Shown piece after piece: positions 56,479-64,000 of a stretch of 64,000 nucleotides of DNA. The notes beneath the pieces are model-generated. The model ran no database searches, had not been told where the DNA came from, and saw nothing but the letters and a program-made list of their open reading frames with translations. The stretch spans positions 1 through 64,000 of the forward strand of contig JBBPEB010000006.1 of the NCBI GenBank assembly GCA_039096225.1, given 5' to 3'. The stretch is from Blastocystis sp. Blastoise (Eukaryota; Protista; Bigyra: Opalinata). The translations under genes were made by a program, and so were the position numbers. Position 1 is the first letter of the stretch. Every line of letters begins with the position of its first letter.

Positions 56479-58001
56479 TTATGCTCTTCCCCAAACTTCA
56501 TAATCTTCTACTTTATAATTATTTTCAGAATTAGCATAATGTGTATTTACAAATAATGATGATTTCTGAGGAGTATACCTTTCTGAAAAATAAGATGCTT
56601 TACAAGAAGAATTAGGATTACTATGGCATTCATCAGATATATAGATATCATGACAATCTCCAAATGTTGGACCATAAGAAGAACGACAATATATACCTAA
56701 GCTTCTATCACTATCAATATAATCATATTTAGTAGGAGAAACATCATGTTCATTACTTAATGTAAATAGAAATTCTTGAGAATAAGGTTTATTATGACCT
56801 AAACCAGATTCCCAATTTTGATCTGTATATCCTCCAAATATATTCATATGATTATTTTTACCTATATGTTTTATTATAGTAACTGTTTCTCCTTTATTAT
56901 CACAATATCTATGAAATTTGCTTGCTAAGTAATTATGTTCACTTGCTCTATATATATATAAGAATAAGAAAACATAATATAAATAGCTAAATAATAATTT
57001 CCATTTCTTTTTTTCATCAAGCCAATTCACTAATGGAGTTTCAAAACATTTCTTCTTAATTATCGTTGAATCCACAAATACAGTTGGTATTTCATTCAAA
57101 TATGTTTTAACAGCTTCTCTTCCTTGATCACCAAATACACTATACATTTCATTCTCTAATAAGCTAATATCTTTATTTTTTACTTCTTCTTTTTTTACAT
57201 AAAAATAGCCACTTTCCATACATTCAGTAATACACTTCATATACTTATAATTCATATTCATAGACCTAATATCATTTATATAATCATAATCAACATATCC
57301 ATTTTTATATTTCATTATATAATCATCCCATAAATTATTGTTTATTAAATAATTCTTAATCGTATCATCTTTCTTTTCATTAATATATAGAGATACTTCA
57401 TCACCTTTTTCATAGTGTTTTTGTTTTTCATTTCTTTTTTCTCTACATTCTAATAATTCTATAGGAATTGGTAAATTACAAAATTCAAATAATTCAAGCA
57501 ACTTGGCTTGTTCTCGAAAATCAATCTACAACTTTACCATTCAAGTAATCTTATAAATAATAAACGCATGCATCGTTTCCTCGATAATCAAGGAAAATAT
57601 TTCCATCGTTTGTTCTCAATTCTTCTTCAGATTGTTCATAAATATAGGAATAAGGGATCGAATTGATAATTGTTTTCGATAATGAAAATAAAGGACCATT
57701 TCCAGTGAAAAGAATAAGCTCAGTATCATTAGCATCACTCGAATTCATTATTGTAGTAGTTTTTCCTTTAGTATTATCAAGAAAATGTTTCAATTTTGAG
57801 AATTTATCACTTTTTCTTTGAATACAATCATCATCTAGATTATTAAGAACACCTTGAAGTTTCTCGACAAGAATAAAGAGTCAAAGAAAGGATAGAAGTG
57901 AATCCTTCAACGATCTTCTTCATTAATTTATCTAAACCACTAACAGCTTCTTTAGCTTGATTCAAAGAATCTAAATCAAATAAAACATCTTCTTTTATCA
58001 T
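56479..58001 (-). pseudogene. BTB-like plus TLDc paralog, disrupted
   Basis: TLDc motifs in ORF 56479-57501; ATG at 58001; frameshift near 57870-57890, premature TAA at 57551, frameshift near 57525, and CT in place of the GT donor used by the paralog (56986). Confidence 0.82.
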
Positions 58002-58277
58002 TGTAAATTATGATTAAAATGAAGAAAATAAAAAAAAATGTATTTAAAACTTGCAAAGATATAATCCAAGGAATAAAGCAACATGTCAGCTATTTTTCAT
58101 AATTTTCATAATCTATCAAAAAATATTGAATATATATTATTTTGTTTTCTAGATAGCCTTAAGTGATTTTAATTTATTTGAGTAAGCTTTTAGCAATTAA
58201 TTAACATATATTTTATATATACCTGTTTTTTATCATGATTCTTGAACTCATTATGTCATTATAGTTCAATTACTGCC

Positions 58278-62089
<3,812 letters not shown>

Positions 62090-64000
62090 GTATATAGATT
62101 ACTTTCTATATATGTGTTTTTTATTCTTTATATTGTTATATTAATTATATTTTTTAATTTCCTTTTTAAGTTTTTATTAATTCTATATATAAAAAATTTT
62201 TTTTTTAAAGAAAGTTGTGACTAAATATAACTAAAATAATGGTAACAATTAAATAATATATATATAATAAAGATTTTTTTGTGATTATTATGAATTCATT
62301 ATTATACTTTTGTTTAATTATTCTGTTTAAAAAAATAGAATAATATTTCTATAGGATTATTGTTCTGACAATGATGTCCTGAATATAGATACCTATAATT
62401 ATTTAATAATATACTTTTTTAATAAAATTATTGAAAATAATAATTTTCATCGAACCTATTTGTCTTAATATGAAAAAAAAAATAATTTTTTATAACTTTT
62501 ATAGAACTTTATTTGTAGTTTAATTATATAATACTATTTTTATTACTAAAATAATTTCAAAAATAAGTGTCAAAATGAAATAAGAAGTATATAGTTTTAA
62601 TTGTTTAATTATTTCTCATATGTATAATATATTATAGTTTCATTTTTTTTCTTAATTTTTAGAATTTGTATATAAAATATATTTATTCTAATGATTTATA
62701 AATGTAGATTACAAATAGTTTTTTGAATTGTTCGTAATTAAATTATTAAAATATTTTTTCACAATAAAACATTTATAATATAAATTCTTCATTAAGAATT
62801 ATAATATACATGTATGATAAATTAATTCTAATTATTATTATTATTATTAATACCCTTAATTTAGCAGCCCAAAAGTACGGTGTCTCACACATTTTAACTA
62901 TTATTGACTTTGTTATTAACATTTATAAAATAAAAAATAATATCATAAAAGCCGGAACACAATTCTGAATATGACCGTTAAAGAAAATTTTTCAAAAACT
63001 CTAAATTTCTGGCTAAAAATCGCAAAAAACCATTTTCGCACAAATTTTTAACCAAAATTATGGGATTATTTTTGTTTTATCCGATATTCTTCATCTTTAT
63101 GAAAACACATATTTTTCGTTTTTCATTTTTTATTGTTTTCTTATTTTTATTATATCTATTCATATACTTTATATTTATTTTTATAAAATTAATTTTTATT
63201 GACGGGTTAATCTTATAAATAGTTTTAACACGTAAATTTTTTATATTAAGAACTTGACAACATATCAATACACAGATCACTAACTATAAACTCTAAAATG
63301 GTTTTATATGTGATAAATATAACCTTGAATACTTTAAAACAACAATGATTCTTTTAAATAACAACAAAAGATAAACTGATACCCAATACATTCCTTTTAA
63401 ATAAACTTATTTTAGTTTATTCAAGTTGTTTAGAATCAATACATGTCATAAGAATGTCTTTTAGTTGTTTAAAATGATTTAATAAGAAAATATCTGACAA
63501 TAGAAATTTTGATGTTTTGATAGTATAGTTTGTTATTCGTCTTTCTCCTTGAGTTCTAGATATTTTTTTTAAATAAAAGTATATTAGTAAATAAGACAAG
63601 TTATAGCAGATATATATTTTTCACATTTTTGAAATATTAAATATTAACTGTGAAACATATATTTATATGAAAAACATAAAAATGAAAAATATCTAAAAAG
63701 GGTATATTTTGTTATAGCGATTTCTCAGTCAATATTAAATAAAATAATAAAGTTAAAACGTATTTATAGATTAGACAAGTCATAGCAAATATATATATTT
63801 TTCATTTTTCTGATTAATCGAGAAATCATGTCACAGAAGACAATAGTTGAACTTAATGAACAAAAGACATTTGATATTTTTGTTAAAAATTTTCATTTGT
63901 TTTTTGTTTATACTCTCATCAATAATAATTATATTTGACATTTGACTTTATATTTAATAATTACAAATGAAATTAAACTTATTTTAAAATTCTGTTTCGC

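Overview
Left end of a very AT-rich, intron-rich eukaryotic chromosome with TTAGGG-type telomeres. The gene families (BTB-like/TLDc, Ig-like surface protein) resemble a Blastocystis-like gut protist, but that is inference. Layout: a terminal (CCCTAA)n tract (1-2181), an 88-bp subtelomeric satellite and an AT-rich spacer. Next is a hand-spliced ~24-exon, ~1,890-aa gene (9115-16345) with a tyrosine-recombinase catalytic set and a degenerate Ulp1-like C-terminus (Crypton-like), preceded by a phased 11-bp repeat array. A pseudogene zone and four CpG-rich palindromes follow. Then comes a second, same-orientation telomere tract (25727-26832) with a diverged copy of the subtelomere, so two chromosome-end units sit head-to-tail. 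Further in are more pseudogenes, a TLDc gene split by a complete hAT transposon (TIRs plus 8-bp TSD), a ~2,224-aa modular surface protein, a TLDc pseudogene and a multi-exon BTB/LRR-like gene. All spliced models were built by eye from GT-AG sites and frame continuity; no database searches were run.
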